64,000 nucleotides of DNA from a virus (lineage: Duplodnaviria; Caudoviricetes), in the IMG/VR virus record IMGVR_UViG_3300037424_000485, positions 32,001-96,000 of that record; one strand, written 5' to 3'. Numbering within the stretch: position 1 is the first letter of the stretch; the number at the start of each line of letters is the position of its first letter. The notes under the pieces are model-generated. The model did not search any database. It was not told the origin of the DNA and saw only the letters and a program-made list of their open reading frames with translations. This document shows, piece by piece, positions 26,797 to 35,971 of this stretch. Made by a program: the position numbers and the translations under genes.

Positions 26797-26894
26797 TTGT
26801 ATGATTACACTATATCATCCCTAGATTTTGTATGTGATACTGGTGATGAAATAGAGAATACATACCATCAGAATTATTTGGCATGGAGATATAG
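26797..26894 (+). pseudogene. Decayed gene remnant ending in IPSELFGMEI tag
   Basis: LYDYTISSLDFVCDTGDEIE in one frame, EYIPSELFGMEI* in the adjacent frame. Confidence 0.45.
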
Positions 26895-27392
26895 ATGAAG
26901 CATATTATAGTAGTAAACGGACAGGGAGGTGTCGGAAAAGACACCTTCTGTCTATATGCCATGAGGTATATGGCAAAAGAATATAAATTTAGATCGTCTA
27001 ATATATCTACTGTTGATGAAGTAAAAGGATATGGTAAATTATTGGGTTGGGATGGTGTTAAGGATGAGAAGGGGCGTAAGTTCCTATCTGATCTAAAAGC
27101 CCTCTCGACCATATATAATGGCCCTTTGAGATATGTATCTAACCATCTAGATAAATGTGGTGCTGATGTTGTTTTTGTACATATAAGAGAGCCAGAGGAA
27201 ATTTCAAAATTTGTAAATTTATATCCAAGTGCTATCACAATTATAATTAAAAAAGGCGATATGGCTTCATATGGTAATAAATCTGATGATAATGTAAATA
27301 ATTATCCATATAATTATTGTATAGATAATAATGGATCTAAAGATGATTTGAAAAAAACTGCTATAGAATTTGTTAATCATTTAATGCGTTGA
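26895..27392 (+). CDS. Deoxynucleoside monophosphate kinase-like P-loop protein
   Basis: IIVVNGQGGVGKDTF Walker A, R.FL.DL and HIREPEEI motifs. Confidence 0.7.
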   Translation: MKHIIVVNGQGGVGKDTFCLYAMRYMAKEYKFRSSNISTVDEVKGYGKLLGWDGVKDEKGRKFLSDLKALSTIYNGPLRYVSNHLDKCGADVVFVHIREPEEISKFVNLYPSAITIIIKKGDMASYGNKSDDNVNNYPYNYCIDNNGSKDDLKKTAIEFVNHLMR

Positions 27393-27442
27393 TTTACATA
27401 ACGATAAAATAGTAGTAAAATATATAATTAAGGAGAATAATT

Positions 27443-27739
27443 ATGACAGGCGGTGTAATAGTAAGAGAATGTATTCAGAAAGAAAGAGAGCCTAGTAAAC
27501 ATGTAAGATTATTAAGTTCAATATCACGTCTACGTAGTGTTATAGGGAACCTACATGATTTTGTAGATTCAGTAGATGGAAGTGATACAGTAGTATCAAC
27601 AACAGGGTGTGAACCGACCCCAGCAGATCCTAATGAATACACTCTATGTAGGGTGCTTACTGAAAGCCCAGATGATATTGATGTACTGACAGGAAGATTG
27701 TCTAATTTAACAGACAGGCTATATAATCTATTATACTAA
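27443..27739 (+). CDS. Hypothetical protein
   Basis: AAGGAG RBS. 98 aa. Confidence 0.7.
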   Translation: MTGGVIVRECIQKEREPSKHVRLLSSISRLRSVIGNLHDFVDSVDGSDTVVSTTGCEPTPADPNEYTLCRVLTESPDDIDVLTGRLSNLTDRLYNLLY

Positions 27740-27744
27740 GAGCT

Positions 27745-28503
27745 ATGAAAATAACCTGGGATAATATAGATGATTTTATTATTTATAATGGATTATTTAA
27801 AAGAAAAAATGTTAAATATTATCTGATGATATGTGAAGTGTGTAAAAATGAATATTTTGCTAGGAAATATGGATATGATAGAGGTAGGGAGAGATGTTGT
27901 TGTTTTCTATGCTCAACCAAATCAAAGAGGCTGAAGGATAGTGTTAGTAATAAATTGAAGGGATCTATAAGCAATCTTTGGAAAGGAGGTTATTATAATA
28001 GAAATATACCTACTTATGATACATTTGCATATCAATTAGAGCCATATGGTGTGGAATGTAGAAGAAATAATGATGACTGTAATATATTAGAAGTTAAATG
28101 TCATTTGTCTAATTGTGATAGTTGGTTTATTCCTACTATATTAGAAGCAAGAAATAAAATAAGATCTATAAATACTGGTTTTTGTAGTAGAAATATATAT
28201 TGTTCTGATGATTGTAAGAAAATATGTCCTAGTTTTAATAAACAAATATATCAAGAAGGTTTTAAACGCTATACTTCTAGAGAATCACAACCAGCTTTAA
28301 GAAAATTGGTTCTTGAGAGAGACAATTGGACATGTCAGAAGTGTGGATCAACAAAAGACCTTCATTGTCATCACTTTGAAGGCATAGAAATAAATCCTGT
28401 TGAGAGTGCTGATATAGACAATTGTATAACATTATGTAAAAAGTGTCATAAAGAAGTACATAAACAAGATGGATGTAATATGCAAAGGGAAAAATGTAAA
28501 TAA
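27745..28503 (+). CDS. HNH homing endonuclease, family copy 4
   Basis: MKITWDNID N-terminus plus the shared HNH module. Immediately upstream of uvsX. Confidence 0.85.
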   Translation: MKITWDNIDDFIIYNGLFKRKNVKYYLMICEVCKNEYFARKYGYDRGRERCCCFLCSTKSKRLKDSVSNKLKGSISNLWKGGYYNRNIPTYDTFAYQLEPYGVECRRNNDDCNILEVKCHLSNCDSWFIPTILEARNKIRSINTGFCSRNIYCSDDCKKICPSFNKQIYQEGFKRYTSRESQPALRKLVLERDNWTCQKCGSTKDLHCHHFEGIEINPVESADIDNCITLCKKCHKEVHKQDGCNMQREKCK

Positions 28504-28512
28504 GGAGAATTT

Positions 28513-29619
28513 ATGGATATAAATGAATTAAAAGCAAGATTGCAAAAAGCAGCAAAGGGTGTACATATCGAGGTTCTAAGTGAATCTAATATAGCAAATG
28601 TTTCAAAGTTTTTAGATGGCCCATCATATGATGTAAATAGAATTTTAACAGGATCTTTGTTCAAAGGACTTCCTGAGAAATCTGTAACATGTCTAGTTGC
28701 ACCAGAGGGCGTATTTAAATCATCATTGATGGCTATTGCAGCCGCTGATGCTCAGAGAAAAGGATATAAACCGATTATATTTGATACAGAGGGAGCTTTT
28801 AGTAAAGAGTTTTGTGAAAGATGGGGTGTTGATCCTGACAACATGCTACATATCTATACAATTTACGTTGAAGAAATAACAACCCTTCTTGGTGATTTTA
28901 TAGATAATAAAGACCAAGATATATTTCTTATTTTGGACTCTCTTGGTGGTCTTGAATCAACAAAGATAATTAGAGATACCACATCTGGTGATCATGAGGC
29001 CAAAGCAGATCAGGGTGGTCTTGCCAGAAAGATCAAAAGAATGTTGAAAATGTTTGTATCTGTAGTAAAATCACAGAATGGTATGGGTATGTTTTCTGGT
29101 CATTGGTATGGAAAGCCTGACTCATATGGAGCAGCTGAAGATATTGGTGGTGGTAAGTATGTAAAATTAGCCGCTGATATTATTATCTCAATGAAAAAAA
29201 CCTCTATCTATGCAAATCCAGCAGGTAAGACAATAAAAGAAAAGGGTGATATTGTAGGTAGTGAAATCAGTGCGTGTACACTAAAAAATAGATTCTATCC
29301 ACCATTTCAAGAGGCAAAAATCCAGATTAACTATAAAGATGGTATAAATAAATTTGCTGGTATTATGGATATGGCGTTGACTTGCGGTATTATTCAACAA
29401 TCTGGTGCTTGGTATTCATACCAAGGCGAGAGATTAGGACAAGGTATTGTTAAAGCTACAGATGCTGTTATTACCAATGATGCCATATCAAAATCTATTT
29501 TGAACGAGTTGGAAGTCATTCTAAAAACCACTGGATATTCTAATGTGAATAATGAAGTATTAAATCTAGCAAGAGAGTTAGTCGAGCAAGATAACAATAA
29601 TTTTAAGGATACTGAATAA
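28513..29619 (+). CDS. uvsX: UvsX/RecA-like recombinase
   Basis: APEGVFKS Walker A variant, FDTEGA, LDSLGGL, GGGKYVK and K.RFYPPF motifs. Confidence 0.9.
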   Translation: MDINELKARLQKAAKGVHIEVLSESNIANVSKFLDGPSYDVNRILTGSLFKGLPEKSVTCLVAPEGVFKSSLMAIAAADAQRKGYKPIIFDTEGAFSKEFCERWGVDPDNMLHIYTIYVEEITTLLGDFIDNKDQDIFLILDSLGGLESTKIIRDTTSGDHEAKADQGGLARKIKRMLKMFVSVVKSQNGMGMFSGHWYGKPDSYGAAEDIGGGKYVKLAADIIISMKKTSIYANPAGKTIKEKGDIVGSEISACTLKNRFYPPFQEAKIQINYKDGINKFAGIMDMALTCGIIQQSGAWYSYQGERLGQGIVKATDAVITNDAISKSILNELEVILKTTGYSNVNNEVLNLARELVEQDNNNFKDTE

Positions 29620-29620
29620 A

Positions 29621-29875
29621 ATGAGGTGTGTTCTAAGCTGTGATTTTATTGGGGTGGTGTCTGAGGATTGTATTTGTAAATATCACAAAGTGACACTTGT
29701 GAAAAAAGATGGTGTGTTGCAACGATGTGAGCAATGTGAGAAAAACGCTTACTATAATAGACTTGTTAATGAAATGAGTGATGTTCTTGATGAGTATAAT
29801 TCTTTTGTGTCTAATATGGATAAAAAGATTGATGATCTTCATTTTTTAATGAAGATGTTAAAAGAAAAAATATAA
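29621..29875 (+). CDS. Hypothetical Cys-rich protein
   Basis: 84 aa. CEQC. Confidence 0.6.
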   Translation: MRCVLSCDFIGVVSEDCICKYHKVTLVKKDGVLQRCEQCEKNAYYNRLVNEMSDVLDEYNSFVSNMDKKIDDLHFLMKMLKEKI

Positions 29876-29887
29876 GGAGATATTAAA

Positions 29888-30253
29888 ATGTTAAAAGAAG
29901 ATGCTAAAGTATATAAAATGAAGTTTATTCGTAGTGAAGGAAGAAATGATAATCAACACTCTGTGAATATCATTGCTATGAGTTGGAATGATGCAGAAGA
30001 CTATCTAAGATCACAAATTCCTGAGAAAATTAGGATTGAAGAGCGTGGTGGTACATGGGATATTAATGCTGTCACTCCACATGCTATCATTGCTGTAAAA
30101 CCTCAAGTAATAACAAAAACTATTGTTAAAGAAAGAGATGCTATTATTGATATAGAGAGTGAAGGAAATTTTGAATGTCCTTGGTGTAAAAAACCCTATA
30201 AACTCTTAAAGACTCTTGAAAATCATATGAAGAAAGAACATATGGCGATATAA
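29888..30253 (+). CDS. Hypothetical protein with C-terminal C2H2 zinc finger
   Basis: FECPWCKKPYKLLKTLENHMKKEH. Confidence 0.75.
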   Translation: MLKEDAKVYKMKFIRSEGRNDNQHSVNIIAMSWNDAEDYLRSQIPEKIRIEERGGTWDINAVTPHAIIAVKPQVITKTIVKERDAIIDIESEGNFECPWCKKPYKLLKTLENHMKKEHMAI

Positions 30254-31071
30254 TGACAATAATTTTACAAAATGTAGATAAAACTATTGGTCAAATTGGT
30301 TTGGTTAATTCAAATATATTGGGCCAATTTTACATTGATGAGTGTATTGGTTTATTTGTTGATTGGGTTGATACAAAATCCAATAATGTAGATTTATTAA
30401 TACAGCAGACTGAAATTATTGAGAATTTTATAAAATCAGGTAAAAAGATCGTCATCTTTGATAGATACTGTTCTATAACATCTGATGAGTTTAGATATCT
30501 ATCTAAACATAATGTAGATTTTTGGGAGCCTAGAATTTTTACACGTAAGGGATTTCATTATCAACCATGCTGGGTTGATGCCCCCGATAGTGTTGACGAT
30601 GTTGATTGGGTCTTTGATAAAAATAAAAAATATGATGTTGGGTATAAGGGATCTATATATAACAAGCTATATACACAATCAAAAAAATATACAAATGAAT
30701 GGTTTGATGATACAAGCCTAGTGAAGAGAGATATAGAAATAGGTAATTTAAAAATAGATGAATATAAATTGTTTCTTCTATTAGGAACACCAGACGATTA
30801 CTCGTCTGGTTTTATTGATCCAATTTTTGTTGATTGTATCAAAGAAGGAGTTATTCCTATACTACCAAAAGAGCATAGATGGTATCATGCTATTTTTCAG
30901 GGTCTAGTAATACAAAATGAAATAGAGGATATTAAGCATTGTGTAAACCTTTCCGATAGTGCTAGTTTTGGTATGGTATATGGAATACTTAGAAATATAA
31001 AGAAATACCATACTGAAATGACATCTAAATATGTCATGGAAAGAATTTTTAAACATTTTAATAAAATATGA
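30253..31071 (+). CDS. Hypothetical protein, possibly glycosyltransferase-like
   Basis: 272 aa, coupled to a GT2 gene. KKYDVGYKGS and GVIP resemble GT-B C-terminal features. Confidence 0.45.
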   Translation: MTIILQNVDKTIGQIGLVNSNILGQFYIDECIGLFVDWVDTKSNNVDLLIQQTEIIENFIKSGKKIVIFDRYCSITSDEFRYLSKHNVDFWEPRIFTRKGFHYQPCWVDAPDSVDDVDWVFDKNKKYDVGYKGSIYNKLYTQSKKYTNEWFDDTSLVKRDIEIGNLKIDEYKLFLLLGTPDDYSSGFIDPIFVDCIKEGVIPILPKEHRWYHAIFQGLVIQNEIEDIKHCVNLSDSASFGMVYGILRNIKKYHTEMTSKYVMERIFKHFNKI

Positions 31072-31787
31072 AATCTGATATTATAGAGTTGCCATATCAA
31101 GTGGTTAGAAGTAATGAAAGACCATTAGTGCTTGTCATAACACCCTTATATTCTAGAGATGTAGATGGTGTGCGTGTAATAGATAAGATATCTAAGAAAA
31201 CCAAAATATCTATAAAACGTAATACTACTCCTATGTTGTGGATTGCTTGGGAGGGTGAGGGTAATGTGGCTAAGAATACCCAAGACTGTTATGATTATGT
31301 AAAAAGAGTGTTTAGTACAGACTTTAAAACTCTAAAATATATAATCAAAATTGATAATGATATAGACGCATCTAGATGTATGATAGATAAGATGTATCAA
31401 AATCTTGAAAGAACAAGAGCGGGTGTAGGATATACGTATTGTTCTTTTAAATATGAGGGTGCTGTTAATGTAGAATTTAATGCCGCTGCATTTGATGTTA
31501 AGAAATTGTTGCAGTGTAATTATATCAGTAGTAACTCCATGATTAAAATACCTGTATTAGATGAGGTGGGAGGATTTGTAACCGATGATAAGTATAAGAG
31601 GTTACTTGATTGGGCAATGTGGTTAAAGTTGCTTAAACATACTTATTTAGGGGTTCCTACTTATGATGTATCATTTATTGCTAAAGCTTCAGCTGAGAGT
31701 GTATCAGCCCAAGGTTCGGAGGATTATATTTTAAAACATCAAAGAGTATATGAAGATTTTGTTAAAGATATTCTGAAAGGTGTGTAA
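31068..31787 (+). CDS. Glycosyltransferase family 2-like protein
   Basis: VITPLY, KIDND (DxD-like), NYISSNSM and DWAMWLK motifs. Confidence 0.75.
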   Translation: MKSDIIELPYQVVRSNERPLVLVITPLYSRDVDGVRVIDKISKKTKISIKRNTTPMLWIAWEGEGNVAKNTQDCYDYVKRVFSTDFKTLKYIIKIDNDIDASRCMIDKMYQNLERTRAGVGYTYCSFKYEGAVNVEFNAAAFDVKKLLQCNYISSNSMIKIPVLDEVGGFVTDDKYKRLLDWAMWLKLLKHTYLGVPTYDVSFIAKASAESVSAQGSEDYILKHQRVYEDFVKDILKGV

Positions 31788-31811
31788 GAAGATTTAACAA
31801 CATTTACGATT

Positions 31812-31850
31812 AAGCCCAATCCCTTTATTATAGGGGGTTGGGCTTTTTTT
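31812..31850 (+). terminator. Intrinsic terminator
   Basis: aagcccaatccc / gggttgggctt stem followed by a T-tract. Confidence 0.8.
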
Positions 31851-31883
31851 ATTATGTTGTTAAAAATAAATTTGGAGATCTCG

Positions 31884-31891
31884 TATAAATA
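31884..31891 (+). promoter_or_regulatory. T4-type late promoter
   Basis: TATAAATA. Confidence 0.6.
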
Positions 31892-31935
31892 AGAGTAGAA
31901 AATATAAAGAAATAAAAAATATAAGGAAATATAAA

Positions 31936-32013
31936 ATGGGGAAAAGTTCTAAAGGTGGAGAGTTTGAAAGAGATATTAGTCGCCTATTAACAAAATGGAT
32001 GTGTTGGGTGTAA
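31936..32013 (+). pseudogene. Orphan duplicate of the Holliday-junction resolvase N-terminus
   Basis: MGKSSKGGEFERDISRLLTKW versus MSKSSKGGAYEREISRLLTKW at 33290. Shares 21 identical nt. Confidence 0.8.
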
Positions 32014-32043
32014 AAATAAATTACAAGATAAGGATGATGAGAT

Positions 32044-32433
32044 ATGAAAGATAATATATGTGTTGTGTGTAAAAAAGAGGTTGAGGCTCATGAATTATGG
32101 AAAGCAAGAGAAGGATGCACAGAAAAATGTAGATTGATATTTCATAAAAAAAGAGAACAATCTTTTAAAATAAAAAACTATAAGAAAATTATTAAAGCAT
32201 ATTTTAAAAATATTAAGAATAAATTTATTGAATTTACTAAAGCTTTTACAATAAAACCAATACCATATCGTGATTATATTCCATCAGAAGTGTCAGATTT
32301 ATCAAAAAGAGTTTCTTCTAGAAAATGGAGTAATTTATGTGGTATTACTAAAACAGGATCTATAGGTAGTGGAAATATAGAGATAGATGGAAAAATAATA
32401 AAAACCAGAGGACATGTCTGGTATGAGGGATAA
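32044..32433 (+). CDS. Hypothetical protein with N-terminal zinc finger
   Basis: CVVC...CTEKC. Confidence 0.6.
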   Translation: MKDNICVVCKKEVEAHELWKAREGCTEKCRLIFHKKREQSFKIKNYKKIIKAYFKNIKNKFIEFTKAFTIKPIPYRDYIPSEVSDLSKRVSSRKWSNLCGITKTGSIGSGNIEIDGKIIKTRGHVWYEG

Positions 32434-32438
32434 TTTTT

Positions 32439-32446
32439 TATAAATA
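32439..32446 (+). promoter_or_regulatory. T4-type late promoter
   Basis: TATAAATA before the GIY-YIG gene. Confidence 0.65.
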
Positions 32447-32460
32447 CTATATAGCACGAC

Positions 32461-33297
32461 ATGTTAGATAAGGAGGTTGATATGTTTGTATATATGGTAA
32501 CAAATATAGTAAATGGTAAAAGATATATTGGTAAGACCGTCAGAGAAAAAGTAAAAATTAGAAAAAGAGAGCACTATACCGCCGCTAGAAGAGGTGTTAA
32601 TACATTATTCTGTAAGGCAATTAGAAAGTATGGTGAATATAATTTCAAATGGGATGTGTTATTTACTGGTACTTTACATTCAGAACTTCTTAAAAAAGAA
32701 ATTGAATATATAAAAGAATATAATACATATTGTGATATAGGTCATGGCTATAATATGACACAAGGTGGTGAAGGGTGTATATGTCCTACAAAAAGAACCA
32801 GAGATAAAATGAAACAAAACCAAATAGGGGATAAAAATTCTTTTTATGGTCACAAGCATAGTAAAAAGTCAATAATGACGATGGGTCATCCTAAAGGAAA
32901 ACATCCATTTAAAGGAATGAAACATACTACAGAAACAAAAACTAAAATAAGCAACACTTTAAAGGGTAGGATAGTTCCAGAAGATGTTAAAACTAAAATA
33001 AGCAACACTTTAAAGGGCAGGGTATTTTCAGAAGACACTATACAAAAATTTAGAGATGCTAATAGAGGGGAAAACAACCCAATGTTTGGTCATGAATATA
33101 CAAAAGAAGAATTAGAGAGTAGAAGTAAAAAAAAGTACATGGTGACTCATATCAATGGTACAAAAGAAATTGTAAAAGTTTTGTCATTATGGTGTAAAGA
33201 AAATAACATTAATTATGGTTATTTTTGTAATAGATATAAGAATAATGGTAAATTCTATAAGGGGTCATATAAATTGGATGGTATAAAAGATGAGTAA
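32461..33297 (+). CDS. GIY-YIG homing endonuclease with NUMOD3 repeats
   Basis: FVYMVTN.VNGKRYIGKT, GYNMTQGGEG, KHTTETKTKISNTLKG repeated. The start may be ATG 32482. Confidence 0.9.
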   Translation: MLDKEVDMFVYMVTNIVNGKRYIGKTVREKVKIRKREHYTAARRGVNTLFCKAIRKYGEYNFKWDVLFTGTLHSELLKKEIEYIKEYNTYCDIGHGYNMTQGGEGCICPTKRTRDKMKQNQIGDKNSFYGHKHSKKSIMTMGHPKGKHPFKGMKHTTETKTKISNTLKGRIVPEDVKTKISNTLKGRVFSEDTIQKFRDANRGENNPMFGHEYTKEELESRSKKKYMVTHINGTKEIVKVLSLWCKENNINYGYFCNRYKNNGKFYKGSYKLDGIKDE

Positions 33298-33823
33298 AAG
33301 TTCAAAAGGAGGTGCCTACGAGCGTGAAATAAGTCGCCTATTAACAAAATGGTTAACTGGTACTGAAAAACCATATGTATATTACAGAACACCATCAAGT
33401 GGTGCAATGCTTACTATTCATGGTGATATGAATATGTCAGGTGATATTATAGCAGTTAGACCAGAAGGTGAGTGGTTTACGACATTATATAGTGTTGAAT
33501 TAAAAAATGGGTATCCTAACACATCATTAGATTTGTTCTTCAAATATAATAAGGCCGACCATATTAAAGCATTCTGGGAGCAATGTGTTCGTGATGCTGA
33601 TATGTCCGATAAACGTCCAATGTTGATTTATAAGAAGAAAGGACTATCAACACAGTGGTTAGGGGTAGATAGTGATATATATAAAGATATCCTAAAAGAT
33701 ATTAGATGTATATCAATGACTTGGGGTAAAGAAGATAATTTACCACAATTATATCTATATGAAATGAAAGAATTTTTTGAACGAGTAACCCCATCAATAA
33801 TGAGGGATTTATTATGCATTTAA
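33290..33823 (+). CDS. Holliday junction resolvase (Hjc-like PD-(D/E)XK)
   Basis: KG..YEREI, SGA, GDII and SVELKN motifs. Confidence 0.8.
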   Translation: MSKSSKGGAYEREISRLLTKWLTGTEKPYVYYRTPSSGAMLTIHGDMNMSGDIIAVRPEGEWFTTLYSVELKNGYPNTSLDLFFKYNKADHIKAFWEQCVRDADMSDKRPMLIYKKKGLSTQWLGVDSDIYKDILKDIRCISMTWGKEDNLPQLYLYEMKEFFERVTPSIMRDLLCI

Positions 33824-34227
33824 CCCTTGATTTAGAAGAATTAAACATATTTGTGATGTTATATATAAAGTCTATCATTACAAATGAGCTTGATTATAAA
33901 AAAGGTATTTTTAAAAGTATTAAAGAGTCTGGAAATTCGGAGGCCATTCTATTATATGAAGATAGAGAGTTGAATATAAAGAATGGAAAATGGGATAGCT
34001 CAAGAGATATTATATTTAATGATCAAATTCACACACTACTACCAAGCATTAATATTAAATCTTTAAATGAGTTCGATGATTTTATAGGTATTATAAATGA
34101 TAGAAATCTATCAACTTGGTTGTTACAGAGATTTTACAGACAAAGCCCAAAAATGAGACTATATATAAAAAGATTTATTGATAAAATAGAAGGTAGTAAT
34201 GATACCACGATAAGGATTATTTTATGA
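33814..34227 (+). CDS. Hypothetical protein
   Basis: 137 aa, overlap-coupled. Confidence 0.65.
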   Translation: MHLTLDLEELNIFVMLYIKSIITNELDYKKGIFKSIKESGNSEAILLYEDRELNIKNGKWDSSRDIIFNDQIHTLLPSINIKSLNEFDDFIGIINDRNLSTWLLQRFYRQSPKMRLYIKRFIDKIEGSNDTTIRIIL

Positions 34228-34661
34228 GCAAAATTACTATCGATAGAGATGAATTTGTTTATTTGGTTATGTCTTTTTTACTGGATAATATTCTTCATGA
34301 AGATGAGATGATAATCGATAATGAAGATTGGAAATTCATTATGGAGAAGATCAAATTGGGAGGTCTTAAAGCACATTTGATGCAAGCTTATGTACGTATG
34401 GACACTGAAAGAAGAGTAGACTATAAAAGAATAAAAAAAGTATTCTATGAAGAGAGCAAAACACAATATGTTATAGGTATAAATGGAACACCAGATCTAA
34501 AAGAAGATACTTTATACAAATATAAAATGAAGGATATGATAAGAGAGGTGGTTAGACTTATCATGAAGGAAAAAGAAAAGACTGGATTTACCGTAAGTAG
34601 TGAAAAAGTGGATAGAATGGTGGAAGAAGTAGTTAAAAAACAACAACAATTTGAGGAATAA
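34224..34661 (+). CDS. Hypothetical protein
   Basis: 145 aa, ATGA-coupled. Confidence 0.7.
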   Translation: MSKITIDRDEFVYLVMSFLLDNILHEDEMIIDNEDWKFIMEKIKLGGLKAHLMQAYVRMDTERRVDYKRIKKVFYEESKTQYVIGINGTPDLKEDTLYKYKMKDMIREVVRLIMKEKEKTGFTVSSEKVDRMVEEVVKKQQQFEE

Positions 34662-34663
34662 AA

Positions 34664-34996
34664 ATGGCAGGAGAATTTACACAAGGTAGAAGTCATGAGA
34701 CTATTGCGGCATTGGATAAAGAGCAAGCAGTAGACGCACCAGTAGATAACAAATTTGAAACTGATGTTCCAGAAGTTAAAGCAGATGCACAGGTTAAAGT
34801 AGGGACTGAGGTATATCCGGTTTTTGATGTAGACTCAGAGGCTTTTAATCAGAACATGATGCATGGCAGAAAAAGAATCAGGTTTAAGACTGGAACACCA
34901 GCAGCTGAGTATATGAGAGCTAGTAGGTACAATAGACCTTTCTATATTAGAAATACAGATGCCAGAGGTCAGAAGTTCACTCGTAGAATAAAATGA
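34664..34996 (+). CDS. Conserved phage hypothetical protein
   Basis: YPVFDVDSEAF...HGRKR pattern. Confidence 0.7.
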   Translation: MAGEFTQGRSHETIAALDKEQAVDAPVDNKFETDVPEVKADAQVKVGTEVYPVFDVDSEAFNQNMMHGRKRIRFKTGTPAAEYMRASRYNRPFYIRNTDARGQKFTRRIK

Positions 34997-35038
34997 TCAC
35001 AAATTATAGTTAGGCATTCATTGTCTAAAATATAATAT

Positions 35039-35941
35039 ATGTCAAGAAAAATAACTACCTATGACCAGCTAGATAGTTTTCATATTACCAGAAATGGCAA
35101 TATATCAACAAAAGATGGTATAATTATAGAATTTGAAGATAATTGTAGTGTATGTGGTGAGTTATATTATAGGAGACAAAAAAGAGATAGTCTAATATGC
35201 TCTTTAGATTGTAAAAAGAATATAGAAGATAAAGAAATGATAAATTTATTATCTATTGATGGTTATAAAGTATTGGGCCTATATTCTAAAAACAAGAGAA
35301 GATATGCAAAAATGATATGTCCTTTTGGACATATCAATAACATTATGGCTTTTAATTTTAAAAATGGTCATAGATGTAAAAAATGTGCATATACTGGTAA
35401 TAAAAATAGCCATTGGAAAGGCGGTGTGGTTACTCGTAACATTCCATTATATAATACATATTATAAACAGTTGGATACATATGAAGAAGTTAGAAGATCA
35501 TCAATAGATGAAAACATATTAGAAGTAAGATGTACATATTGTAATAAATGGTATATACCAAAAAGAACATCTGTTAGAAGTAGGATACAATCTATTATTG
35601 GACAGACTACAGGAGAGAATAGATTTTATTGTTCTAATGGATGTAAAGGTAGCTGTGAAATATTTAATCAACAAACACAAATAAAAGGTCATAAACCCAA
35701 TAAATACACAAGAGAAGTTCAACCGCAACTAAGAAAGATAGTATTAGAGCGTGATAATTGGAAATGTCAGAAGTGTAGTGATATCAATATCCAATTACAC
35801 TGCCATCATATTGACCCTGTTGTAAACAACCCTATTGAAAGTGCAGATATTGATAACTGTATTACATTATGTAAAAAATGTCATAAGAAGGTTCACAAAC
35901 AAGTAGGTTGCGGGTATAATGATTTAAAATGTGGGCGATAG
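35039..35941 (+). CDS. HNH homing endonuclease, family copy 5
   Basis: CPFGH..NFKNGHRCKKC module plus a shared HNH module variant (HHIDPVVNNPIESADIDNC). Confidence 0.85.
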   Translation: MSRKITTYDQLDSFHITRNGNISTKDGIIIEFEDNCSVCGELYYRRQKRDSLICSLDCKKNIEDKEMINLLSIDGYKVLGLYSKNKRRYAKMICPFGHINNIMAFNFKNGHRCKKCAYTGNKNSHWKGGVVTRNIPLYNTYYKQLDTYEEVRRSSIDENILEVRCTYCNKWYIPKRTSVRSRIQSIIGQTTGENRFYCSNGCKGSCEIFNQQTQIKGHKPNKYTREVQPQLRKIVLERDNWKCQKCSDINIQLHCHHIDPVVNNPIESADIDNCITLCKKCHKKVHKQVGCGYNDLKCGR

Positions 35942-35971
35942 TGTTAAATTTTAAGACAAAAGGATATAAAT

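Noticed and set aside
16549-26849. Possible TGA recoding (genetic code 4/25), suggested by in-frame TGAs at 16549 and 26802-26849
   Set aside because: All long conserved genes are open in code 11 with TGG for Trp. Many genes end in TGA with ATGA coupling. The TGAs near 26844 are explained by GAT-GAA codons in another frame.
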